A DNA stretch of 64,000 nt, taken from assembly GCA_016748015.1 (NCBI GenBank), contig JAAOMT010000007.1, forward strand, positions 46,035 through 110,034, written 5' to 3'. This document shows, one piece after another, positions 27,283 to 40,000 of this stretch (positions are counted from its first letter, which is position 1; every line of letters starts with the position of its first letter). Both the position numbers and the translations under genes were made by a program. The notes beneath the pieces were generated by a model, which saw nothing but the letters and a program-made list of their open reading frames with translations, had not been told where the DNA came from and ran no database searches. This stretch comes from Geosiphon pyriformis uo1. Taxonomy: Eukaryota; Fungi; Glomeromycota.

Positions 27283-28175
27283 TGTTATTCATAGAAATTA
27301 GGAATATTATAATTAGAAGAATAGCCAATCAGAAGTAGGCATAGTAATAAAGGAATTCTAGGATTCCTCTTAGAAGAATTACAGAATTCTAAAATTACAG
27401 AATTTCTGACTAGAGAATTGAGGAATTCAAAAAATCTTGTATAACATTAATTATATATATATATAATAAAAGTATTAAAAGCAGAAAAAGAAATTTCAGG
27501 AGAATTTAAGAATTTCTGGAGAATTTAATAGAGTTTTATTAATTTAGAACAATACTCTTCCTTCAAAAAATAGAATACTATAACTTGAAGTAAAATTGTT
27601 TTCATATTAATGAAATTATTCATTATCTTCAAATCTATGTTATTATCTACTATTTAACTTATTGACACAATAGTTTTTGATCATGGCTATTAACAAGATA
27701 CTTATTTTTTATTTTTTATTTTATTTTCTTTATTTTTTTATTTTTTTTATTTTTTTATTTTATTTTCTTTTGTTGTTCACTAAATTGATTAAAAAAAATT
27801 ATGCACTAAGTAATTAATGTTAAGAATAGCTTGGTAAAAGACCCAAAAATAAGAGTATAAAATTTATAAATTAACAGATAGCTTATTAAAAGGGCATAAC
27901 TGCCAGAATAAACTGGCAACCATGCTGAAAAAAAAATTTGATGAAATAATTATTCTAAGAGGCTACAGATACCAAAGCATACTAACTCGAAGGTTGGGAA
28001 AAAAAACTAGAAACATCACACTAAAATATTAACATTAAATTTCTGTTTATTATACAAAAGACTTAATCAAAACTTTTAGATACAAAATCTTCAAAAACCA
28101 ATACCATATTAGTTATTAAGCACCAAATTATAGGTTTTTTATTTGCTTTAACACTCCAAATAATTATCTGTAACA
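27283..28175 (+). mobile_element. Solo LTR related to the Gypsy LTR at 3151-4012
   Basis: TGTTATTCATAGAAATTAGG...TAATTATCTGTAACA; shares TAGCCAATCA, GGAATTC repeats, GGTAAAAGACCC and TTTGATGAAA blocks; flanked by GTGT / GTAT (4-bp TSD, one transition). Confidence 0.88.
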
Positions 28176-29149
28176 GTATTATAAAAATTAGAAATAGTTT
28201 TAATAAACTAATTTTCAAATATATAATTTTTGCATAGTAAAATATATATAATATTATTATATAAACTAAAAAATAAAGATTTTAAAATTAAAAATAACAT
28301 TAATAATTTTCTAACAAAAAATTTTTATTTAATAATCAAAATTTTTAACATTTTAACACAAATAAATTTGATAAAATAATAATTAATAATAAAAACAATA
28401 ATATATACTAATTAATAATAAGAATTATAGAAATAATTTTATATTAATCAATAACTTAAATATCTGTTAATAACAATATATATAAAAAAAGCAGTTGTAA
28501 ATGAAAAATAATAATAAATATTAATTTAAATATTTAAGTACTTTTTATAAATTAAAAAACATTTTTTTTTAACATTTTAATAAATATAATTTAACTACTA
28601 TTTAATATATAAAACCAAACTAAATAGTTTTAATTAAGTATATTTTATATATTAATTATATATAACTAGCTATTCAAATTAATTAAAATTATACTACATA
28701 TTTATATATATTAAAATATTATTTCTAAAACCAAAAAAAAACAAATATTATTATTTGTATTTAAAACTTATAGCAAATATTTTATTAATACTAAGTAAAT
28801 ACAGCAAATTATCAGAAAATTTACATAAAAAACCATGTAAGTTGTAAGAATATAAAAAACTATTTTTAATTAAACTATATCTTTTTATAATAACTTTATA
28901 TTGTAATTTATGCAGCCAAATTTTTTTTTATAGTATATAAAAATTGTTAATTTATAAAACTTATAAAAAGTTTTTTTTTAATTTAATAAACAATTAATTA
29001 ATAGTAATAGTTTTAAAAAAATTATATATAATTACAATATTCCTAAAAAGTAATGACAAGGTAACTCTTACAGCATGTAATTTTTATTATAGTTTAATTA
29101 GTTATTGTTAAAATATTTTAAGTAATAATTTAAATATACATATATTTTA

Positions 29150-30200
29150 TGCTACTATTTTTATTTTTTAAAACAAAATTGTTTTAATTAATAATATGTT
29201 TAATTTTTTGTAATAGAATATAATTTTGTAAAATTCAATTATAAAGTTATTAAAAAATTTTAACAACAAATTATTGAAGTTCAACCAAAATACTTTAAAA
29301 AACTAATATTTCTTTTTATTTTTATAAAAAATATATATAACAACTTTATAAAAATAGTTAAATTTAAGCAATTTATTATTTACAAAAAACTTTATCAAAA
29401 ATGTATTATCAGATTAAAAAATTGTAAATTAAAATTATTTTATTAAAGCAATTGAAATTAAGACACAATTTGTAAAAACATATTCTAAGATTAAAATAAG
29501 TAAACAAACTATTTGCAATAAACTTTTTAAATTTGTTTATATAGTTGTTTTATTAAATTATATATCTCTATTATCAAACAAGCTAAACAAAATTGATTAG
29601 TATAAGTTTAAAAACATTCTAATTATAATTGATATAAAGTAGTATTTTTAGATGAAACAACTTTATAAATATTTTAAAATACTTGTTTGATTTGGTTTTA
29701 TTTAGATAAATTTATTATACTAATAGTAAAACATCTATTTAAACTTTATATATAAGAAGCAATTTGTGCATATAAAAAAATTGAAATATATATCTTTACA
29801 AAAAATATAAACTGATATTTTTATCATAAAATTCTTAATAAAAATTTATATTATAATACAATTAGCATATATAAATAACAATATTGGATTTTTTAACATG
29901 ATAATAATTTAAAACATATTTCAAAAAATGTTTATACAGATCTTGAAATACAACTATTAAATTGTGTTTTGTTTTGGTTATTATATAATCTAAATCTCAA
30001 TTCAATTAATAATATTTAGACTATTTTTAAATAAAATATTGAAAAAAAGTAAAGCAATAATAGCATACAAAAAAATATTTTTTAAGCAATTTTTATTACA
30101 ATAGTAAAAAAAATGAAATAATTTGTCTAATAAAACTATTTTTAATTATATTACTAGTATACAAAATCGAATTTAAGATTATATTAGTATAAAATTTATA
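29150..30200 (+). pseudogene. Highly decayed Tc1-like transposase relic; boundaries approximate
   Basis: VVFLDETT (~29640), F*HDNNLKH (~29890) and WLLYNLNLNSINNI* (~29975), matching the F.DE, QQDN..KH and WPS.SPDLNPIENIW motifs after C>T/G>A decay. Confidence 0.7.
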
Positions 30201-33200
30201 CTAAATATTAATTTTTTGCATATATATATTTTATTTATAGTTCTATTAAATATTAAAATTTAAACAAAAATTATTATATATAAAAAAAATACTTTATTAT
30301 TATTTTTCAAAAGAACTGTAATATTTTTGTATAATATTTATTAAAACTTGTTAAATATTTTAATCAAAAATTTTATTGGTTTTAAACAACCAATTATTAT
30401 TAATAAGTATTTAGAACTAAGTTGATTTTATTATTAATTTTTTAATAAATATAATAATATCATTAACTTAAAAAAAAAGTTGTTTATTTTGTTAATAAAA
30501 GTTTTAATAATTTTATTAATGATAATAATATATATATTAACAATATAATTTATTTAATAATAATACTTTTTGTTAAATTATTATTTATAATTTATTTAAT
30601 AATAATACTATTTATTAAATTATTATTTAAAATTAACTTAATAATATGACTATTAACTTTAATATTAATATATATAACAGTAATAAATTTGTTTAAATTT
30701 AATATAATTCTATTAATTAGTGGCTTTTTGTTTTATTTTTCAGATTAAATAAAAAAATAGTAATAAAAATATTGTTTTTAATAATAATAGTATATAAAAT
30801 AATATTAATAATATTGAATTTTAAGTTGTTAATAATATTTTGATTTTTAAATATAATAAAAAGACTTAAATAGTTTTAAAATTTTAAAAATAATAACTAT
30901 ATGTTTTTTAAATTTTTGGTTTAGATTTTTTGTTGTCAATTAACATTATTAAAAATTAGCTAATAAGTAATTATTATTGACTATTAATTTTGTTAATTGG
31001 TTTTTGGTTTTAAGTTATTATTTAATATTTAAACCAAGAATTATTATTATACAATTGTTATAATTATGATAATAATTTTTATAATTGCAGTTAATAAATA
31101 ATTTATTGTTGTAATTAAAAATAAAATACATATATAAGTTGTTAAATTTGTGATTAAAGTGTTAAAAAATAATATTAAAATAACTAATATTGTTTTTGTA
31201 AAGTTTTAAATTTGTAATTTAGAGTTAAAAACCAGTAATTAAAATTTTAATATTAATTTGGTAACCAAAATTTACAATTGATTTTTATATAATATTGTTT
31301 ATAATAATAATTGCAAATTTAAGTTTTTTATACTTATTATTAATTAGTAATAATAACTATAATCAAATTTAATAACAATTATAATTTTAATTATTCTTAT
31401 AGTATTAAAAAAATTAATATGTTGTTTAATTATTAATTAAATATTTTTTATTAATATAACTGCTGTTTAAAAATTAACTAAAAAAATTATACACAATAAT
31501 TAATAAAAAACTTCTTTCTCTTCTTCATCCAAATTCATCAAAAAGCAATTTTTGAAAAAAAAGTTTTTTGTTTTTATCTTGCTTGTTTTATTATTTTTAC
31601 CATTTCTCAAGCTAATAACCCTTTTGTAATAGACTTAAAGACTGCTTTGAGTGGCAATATGTTTAAAAAAAAAGCTTCAAAAAGTGTTCATCATGGTTTT
31701 GTTGATGGTATTTTTTTTCAAAAAAAAAAGGTTTTTGTTGGCAATATTAAATACTTTGATGATAAAAGAGAAATTTCTCTGACCAAACCTGATATCAATG
31801 AGAGCATGTATTCAAATATGGACAGTGAGTTCAGTGACAATAAGCTTGGTGGTGCTGCAATAGATTTAGGTGATACTTTTTTTTAGTTCTGCTGCGACAA
31901 CTCTCAAAGCTAAGAGAGTTAATATTGATTTGGTTAGTGGTTCTTCTATTGGTACTATTGATTTTAAAATAGATGAGAATTTGGTTTATCTTCTTTTTCC
32001 TTTCAATATTTCTCTTGAAAAAAGATAGATTGACCTCAAAATAATAAAAACTCAGATTGAGGTGTCTATTAAAAAATTCTTTGTTTTGGATATTAATCTC
32101 TTAACTGTAGAAAAAAAATTAATAATGGCAAAAACTCAGTTTGTTAGAAAAAAATTTTCAGTTGTCAATGGTTTTGGAGAGACTACTACCTTCTCAAAAT
32201 TTAAAAAAATTATTAAATCTACTTTTACTTTAGAGAGCAGCATAGAAAAGACCATGTTATTGGCTAGAGAAAAAAGAATTGTCATAAACCCTAATCTCAA
32301 AAGACAAGGTATTTGTTTAGATTAGGCTGTGGTGATTAAAAAAATTCTCATAGATATGCCTAAAGATATAATCGTCACTACAGTAATTGAATTTGGTCAA
32401 ATTGTGTCCATCAAAATCCAGTTAATTGGAATGTGACAAAAAACTGTAGTAGAATTTGCCAAATCAAGTCAAGCTAATTTGTTGACTATAAGATAGTCAT
32501 TTTTAATCAGAAAAGATTTTGTGTACATGACTAAAGCTGTAGAAAATTGTGACATCTGGATGTTAAGGAATTGGTTTAGAGCTTTTTTATTTACTTTGTC
32601 AGTAGAAACAATTGTTTATGATTTAGGCACTCTCTTTGATAGAACTAGTGGAAAAACCTGCATTATTAATTACTCAATAAAGTCTGATAACCAGGTTTGT
32701 TGTGCTGTAATTGGTTTTGAATTTAAGAAGAGTTTAGAATTTGCATATTGCATTAAACTGATATTTGGTGATGTTAAACTTTTTTGGGCTAGATTGAATT
32801 TAGTTTGTTGTAGAAAGTGTGGACATTTTGGTCATTCTGCTTTGGAGTGTGATATACCAACTACATCTACCTCTAAGTCATCAAAGTCAGTTAAAAAAAT
32901 TACTTCAAAGGTGTGTTGTTTTCAGCTGGCAAAGCTGTATACAAAGAAAAATGTTCCTATCTTCTGTTCTGCTGCTTTTGGCAGCAAGTCTTGGGCACAG
33001 GTAGTTTTGCTTACCTCTTCTTCTGATGGTTCTTATTTTAGTTCTGGTTGAAGATTTGGTTCTTCTTTTCTTGGTGCCTCAAATGATAAAGAAAGCACAC
33101 TGGTTGTTCAAGATGGTTTTTCAATTAACAATTGTCTGGCTTCACTAAAATGCTGTTTGAAATTGCTGGCTGATTAAGTATTAGATATTGTATGCAGATT

Positions 33201-33877
33201 AAATGGTGTAGAGCTGGTGCTCCTAATGTCTGTTTCTTAAGTTAGACCTCTGGTTATTTTTACTTCTATATTGTCGATATCAAATACTGTTATAGTTCTG
33301 GATATTCTACAGCCATTTTTTTCTCTTCCATTTTCTGTGATAAAGGACAAGATTGTGGATTTGGGTCTGAGCAGTTCAAAAGTTCTTACTTCTAAAGTCA
33401 GTGGTTTGAAATCTAAGATAATAGCTCTTGAAGTTTCTATTGGCTCAATTTTAAAGAAGTTGGATTTATTGTGTATAAATTTAGGCTTTTTGATATGTCA
33501 TTCACATCCATGAGTAAGCTTATTTGGAAAGTATCTACATGTAATATTAGAGACATGAAAAATTTAGCTAAACAGAATAATATTGTTTGTTGGCATAAAA
33601 ATTTGGGTAATATGGTTTCTATTATTACTAAAACAAAATTAAGGTCTGGTATTAGGTCTTGAATTATAAGTAAGTTTGATGGAATCCGAGTTTTCATTAT
33701 TGGTTTGAATGCTAATTTTTATGATACTGGAGTTGCTATAATCATGAACAATTTTTTGGTTTGGCATGTATTAAAAATAGATAAGATTTTTAGTTATTTG
33801 ATTTTAGTACATTTTTTGTTCAAAAACAAGCTTTCAGTTACATTCTTGGATCTTTATACTGGTGCATCTATTGGTGC

Positions 33878-36800
33878 TGTTACAAGTAATTATTTGGGGT
33901 CTCAAATCAAATAACAAACTCATAACTTGATGCTTAATTAATGTTCTTGGTTGATGGTTTTATCTGATGGTTGTTTGTATCTAAAAATATTGTTATCTGA
34001 AGATTTTGAGTGAGTTCTTTGTATAATGAACAAAGATTCAATGGTGTTTATCTGTAGCTTCTCAAAACTGTAGTTTCATCAATTTTTTTCTCAGCATAAT
34101 AGCCGGTATTCCTCTTAGTAAGCTATCCTCAATCAAGTGTTCTACCTTTATTTCTGGGTCTTTTACCAGTCACTATATTCTGACATCAGTATTTCCGCAT
34201 GTGAATCCTTTAATCAAGTTAATAAACAGAAAAAATAACAAAAGAAAAAATAAAGAAAAGAAAGAAAAATAAAGAATAACCCAAGGCAATAATAATTAGT
34301 ATCTTATCAATAGCCATGATCAAGAGCTATTGTTCCAGTATAGTTAAGTATCAATTATTATTAATATAAAATATTGATAGTGGAGAGTAGATTTAAGATA
34401 TTGAATAATTAATTATTTGATATTTGTGATGTGGAAGATTGCTTAGATTAGATCTAAACGAAGAGGTCTTTAACTAAAAGATTCTGTTTTTTATTTATTT
34501 TAATAATTATGATTTGCGAGTCTAATTGATTCTATGAGTCTAATTGACTCTGCAAATCAATTAACTCTGAGTTCCATTGACTAATTTTCTAACTTCTAAT
34601 ACTACTGTTATATATACATATTTGAGATTCCTTAATTTCTCAATTTTTTATGTCAGGAATTCAAGAATTCCTGGAATTCTGTAATTCTTTGAGAGAAATT
34701 CTGGAATTCTGGAATTCTGTGATTTCTTCTATGAAAATTTTGCAATTTTTGGAATCCTGGAATTCTATATTTTACTATGTTTACCTATGATTGGCTAATT
34801 TATATATTAATATACTTCCTATATTTTATGAGTAATATTATTTTCTTCTTTAATATTGAACTTCTGCAAAATCTTCTAAATTTCTCTTTTGTATCAATTT
34901 TGTTGCTGTAATTTCTATTGCTATTTTTTTTTAAATCTAATTTTTATACATAACTGGAGTTTTTAACTATAATGGTCTGTTCAGAATATCCAAGTTCAAA
35001 TCTTACATCTGTATTATGTGCATGTTTAGACATAATGTCCTCATTATTATCACTGAATTGAGTTAATTTCTGCTCCATTGTAAGATTTAGAAGCATAATA
35101 TATTGTTCAGTGTTCAGAGTGGAGTTTGAATTTGTTGTTGGTGAAGTTTAAATTGTCATTGAATCGGGATTAAGTTTTGATTTTGATTTCTATTTGTTCT
35201 TGCTGATTGGCTCTTTTTCGAATATATGACACATGAAAGTAAATTGTGACTTGAGACCATCAGATAAGTTTTAATGATTTAATGATTGATTTTGGTACTG
35301 CTAATTCTCAAATTCTTTTTTCTTCTCTAAGTTTTTTTCATATTGACACTTTTCTAATGCTGACTTTTGGCATGGAAAAAGCCAGTCTTCACACAGGTAA
35401 GTATGAATCTGAGTAGTTTTTTTTTGGAATTCTTTCAATAAATTTTTAAATAATCGGAGTTTTGAATTTTTAGAGGTTTAACGGATTTTATCTGAGGTAA
35501 ATTTTCTTGTTCAATAGCGAGATTAGACTTATCAGGTTTCTAATGTTTGGGTTTTGAATAATCAAGTCGGAGTTTTAACTTTTAATGAGTTTTACTGAAG
35601 GTAAGTTTTTTTCTATATTAGTGGGATTGGAATTTATTAGGTTTTAAATGTTTGGGTTTTGAACTATTGGGTCTTGAAGAATTGGAGTTTTAATGAATTC
35701 TATTGAAGATAAGTTTCTTTATATGATAGTGGGATTGGAATTATCAGATTTTGAATAATTTTTGGAGTTTTTAATTTAACAAGTTTTATTAAAGATAAGT
35801 TCTTTATATGATAGTGGAGTTGGAATTATCAGGTTTTGAATAAACAGAGTTTTAATTTAATGAGTTTTTTTTTTTTTTTTTTTAATGAGTTTATCAACAG
35901 TAATTTTCAAATGTTCGGAATTTTAATGATTGGGTTTTGAATGATTGAAGTTTCAATTTAATAAGTTTTTCAAAGGTAATAGTAAAATAAGAATTTTGCA
36001 AATTCTAAGTAATTTTTCCTTGTTTTTTCTTGGTTTGCCACTTTTGGATGATGTAGTTAGTGCTGATTTTCTGTAAGATTATATCTCACAGAGAGCACTA
36101 AATATTACAAATGATTATTTGGGATTTTAAATCAAATAACAAACCCATAACTTGGTGCTCAATTGATGTTCTTGGTTAATAGTTTTATCTGACAGTTGTT
36201 TGTATCTGAAGGTTTTGAGTGAGTTCTTTGTATAATAGACAGAGATTTAATGGTGTTTATTCATAGCTTCCCAAAACTGCAGTTTTATCAATTTTTTTCT
36301 CAGCATGATGGCTGGTATTCCTCCTGGTAAGCTATTCTCAATCAAGTGTCCTACTCTTATTTCTGGGTCTTTTACCAGTCACTATATTCTGATGTTAGTA
36401 TCTTCACATGTAAATTCTTTAATCAAGTTAATAAATAGAAGAAATAACAAAAGAAAAAATAAAGAAAAAAAAGAAAAATAAAGAATAAGCCAAGGCAATA
36501 ATAATTAGTATTCTATTAATAGCCATGATCAAGAGCTATTGTTCCTGTGTGGTTAAGTATCAATTATTATCAACATAAAATGTTGATAGTGAAGAGTGAA
36601 TTTGAGATATTGAATAATTATTTATTTGATATTTGTGATGTAAAAAGTTGCTTAGATTAGATCTAAATGGAGAGATTTCTAACTAAAAGATTCTGTTTTT
36701 TTTTTATTTTAATAATTATGATTTGTAAGTCTAATTGATTCTATGAGTCTAATTGACTCCACAAATCAATTGATTTTGAGTTCTATTGACTAATTTTCTA

Positions 36801-37070
36801 ACTTTTGATATTACTGCTATATATATGTATTTGAGATTCCTTAATTCTTTAATTTTTTATGTCAGAAATCCTAGAATTCCTGGAATTATGTAATTTCTTT
36901 AAGAAGAATCTTGGAATTCTAGAATTCTGCGATTCTTTCTATAAGAATTCTGTAATTTTTGGAATCTTGCAATTTCTCTAAGAAGAATCCTGAAATTCTA
37001 CATTTTACTATGTCTACCTATGATTGGCTAATTTATATGCTAATATACTTTCTATATTTTATGAGTAATA
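33878..37070 (-). mobile_element. Non-autonomous LTR retrotransposon: LTRs 36103-37070 (5') and 33878-34837 (3'), ~1.27 kb internal region with no recognisable pol
   Basis: Two ~960-bp direct repeats homologous to the Gypsy LTR; PPT at 34838-34852; PBS-like sequence at 36085-36100; TSD GTGC/GTGT; removing it restores the LINE frame GASIGA-YFSQ. Confidence 0.94.
36085..36100 (-). promoter_or_regulatory. Primer-binding site, probably complementary to elongator tRNA-Met
   Basis: Minus strand TAGTGCTCTCTGTGAG (TGG>TAG) begins 2 nt after the 5' LTR; its complement CTCACAGAGAGCAC(C)A resembles the 3' end of eukaryotic elongator tRNA-Met. Confidence 0.6.
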
Positions 37071-40000
37071 GTGTGTATTTTAGCCAAGCTGCTGATATTA
37101 ATTTTATAATCTTTAAGGCAGTCAATTCCAGTTTTTTTATGGTTTTGAGTAATAATTTTAATAAAAATAGATCTAAAAAGAGTGCAAGTTTCAAGTTTTG
37201 TTTGGGTTTAGGCCTGGTTAACACTTTTGATGAATACTCACTGGTCAAAGCTTCCACCTGAAGCAATTCTAGAGGTGTTCAAAGGGTGATTGACTTTATT
37301 TTTGTGAGTAGAAATTTGACATTTGCTATTGCATTGCACAAAGTTGATGATATATTAGAGTTTTTTAATACAGATTATAAGTCAGTTTTAATTTTAATTG
37401 GTTTGAGTGAATTTTTGGATGCTCATTTTTTCAGTGCTTACAAACAAGCCAACCAAGACCAGTGGAAATTTAAATTAGAAAATGCAGATGTCAACCAATG
37501 ATTGGGCTTTAAAGACTCTTTTTTTGCTGAAATACTGGTTAGGTTAAATGTGTTTAAGGATGCAAAAAACAATAGTAACTTAAATACAATGTGAAAAATG
37601 CTGGAAGAAACTATGATTCAAACTGCTGATGCAGTTTTTTCTAAAATTTGGTATAGTAAATATGATTGTTTGAGGAATAAACAATCTTTGAAATTCTTTA
37701 AATTAAAGCTACTTATTACAAAGATTGTATGATGCTGGAATTCTGAAAATCTTCTAAATTTTAACTGCCTTGTTAAAGTCTGGTCAATTATTAATAAAAT
37801 TGAAGCTTTCAAAATTACTAGCATGGTTTTTGATAGTACAGATTTAATAGAGGTGGTTAGACATTTATCAACAATGAGAAAAAAGTATTAGAAATCTAAG
37901 TATTGTAAGTCTAAGGTTATTAAAGATATGGCTATTTAAAAAACTATTGACTATTATATGGAAAATTTTTGTTCTAACAAAGAGTAGATAATAAAAAGTA
38001 TTCTGAAACATCCATTTAGCAAAATAATTCTGAATTATTTGGTAGTAGATAATGAGCTGGTAGTTGGTCCTAATGAAGTTAAGCTCAAAGTTGATGAGAT
38101 TATGGAATAGTGGACAAGAAAGTGTTTAATGCTCCCAAAAATGCTTGCCTTTTGGTTTTGTCAATACATGTTTCTGAATTATGTAGATAATGATGTTTTT
38201 TTTGGTATAATAGAGGTTATTAGTATAGGTGAATTGTCTTTGATTATTAATAGTCTACCAAATAATAAAGCAGCCAGATTTTTAAGGATATTCAATGAAC
38301 TTTGGAAACATTATAGTAAAGAGATTTTGGTCTGTCTTTTGGAGTTGTTAAATTTGTGTCTAAGTCTGGATGTGGTTCTGGCTTCCTGAAAAAAAGCATG
38401 GGTTTCAATAATCCCAAAGCTTTATAAATGAAATAGTATTTTGACAAATACTAAGCCTATCACATTAGTTGATACTGTACACAAAATCTTATTTAAGATT
38501 TTATCTAATCAGATATCTTCAATTTATAGCAAGTTTAATGTTCTTTATGGTAATAATTTTTTAGTATTGAAGAGTACTTTAATCCAGTCTTCTATTTTTG
38601 CTATTGGTTTAGTCATTAAGGATGTTCTGGAGAAAAATAGATAGCTTTGTTTAATGCTGCAAAATATGCACAAAGCTTATAATTCAGTAGGTTGATATTA
38701 CTTAAGAGCAAGCTTACATTGTATCAAAATGTGTGAACGTTTTATTGGGTTTTTTGGTGACATCCATAAGAATAGAGTTAACAGAGTAATGATAGACTTT
38801 GGGTTTTTAGAAGGTTATAGAATTCATAATAAGTTGGATTAGAGAGAGGTTTTTTCTCCACTCCTTTAGAAGATTTTTTATGATCCACTTTTGTGTGAGA
38901 TAAAGAGACATGAACACTTGTGTGAATACAAAATTGATAGCAAGTTTGTGGCAAAGTTTGGCAGAATTGAGATGATTGAAGAGAAAACTTCTTTTTTGGC
39001 TGCTAGTGTTTTTGTTGATGATATAATTTGGATCAGGAGTTGTTAGGCTTCTACACAGTATATTTTGAACATTGTAAGTGAGTTTTTTGAGATCAATAAC
39101 ATCTCAATTAATAACAATAAAACAGTGGCTATTTTTATCAATCAAAAAATTAAGAATGCTTTGTTGTTAATTAATAATTTGCCAATTTTGATTGCTAAAA
39201 AGAGTGAGTTACACTGATATTTGGGTATCTTTTTGTCAACTGAGAGTCTTTCTAAATCCAGTTTGGCTTAAGCTTATATAAATATTAGGTTTTTTTCTAA
39301 TATGGTATTAAAAAAGACTATTATGGATAAACAATTCTGTTACTTGGTTTCAGTAGTTTTATAACTAATTATTAGCTATTATATACAGTTTAATTTTGTT
39401 TCTTTGGGTGTGTATCATAAATGGAACATAATAATTAGAAAAAGTCTTAAAGCCAAGGCTGGTTTACCATATGACTTCACCAGTAAAATTTTGTACCATC
39501 TATTTTTGTATAATTTAAAGCTCTTTGAGCAAGTGCAGTCTGAAGGGAAGCTGGCTTTACTAATTTCATTTTCCAATAGCTGTGGTATTCTCGGATGTTT
39601 GTTTGATCATAGATTTTTGGATTTGCAGGTTTTGAGTTGATCTTCTCTGAATCTTTTACAATTTCCTATCAGGTTACATGTTAGTCCTGTAAACAATTTT
39701 TTGGTGGGAGTGGTGAAAATTTTTTTAGTGAATGAATTATTATTGGCAAACAATTTGTCTTATGCCTTCTGTGGATCTGGTATTTTTTTGATGTCTGGTA
39801 TTTTGGGTCAGTTTTTGTATTACAAATCTGTTTTTTTGTTAAGACAGTTTGGTGTTGTATTTAGTGACAGACTTCTTGATAAGAAGAGAAAGATGATGAA
39901 CTAGAAAACATTTTGGCATTAGAAGTGGTTGGATTTGAAAGACTTTGTGTCTTACTGGTTTATATTGGCATTTGATTTCATGAACAATTTTGTTTCTTTG

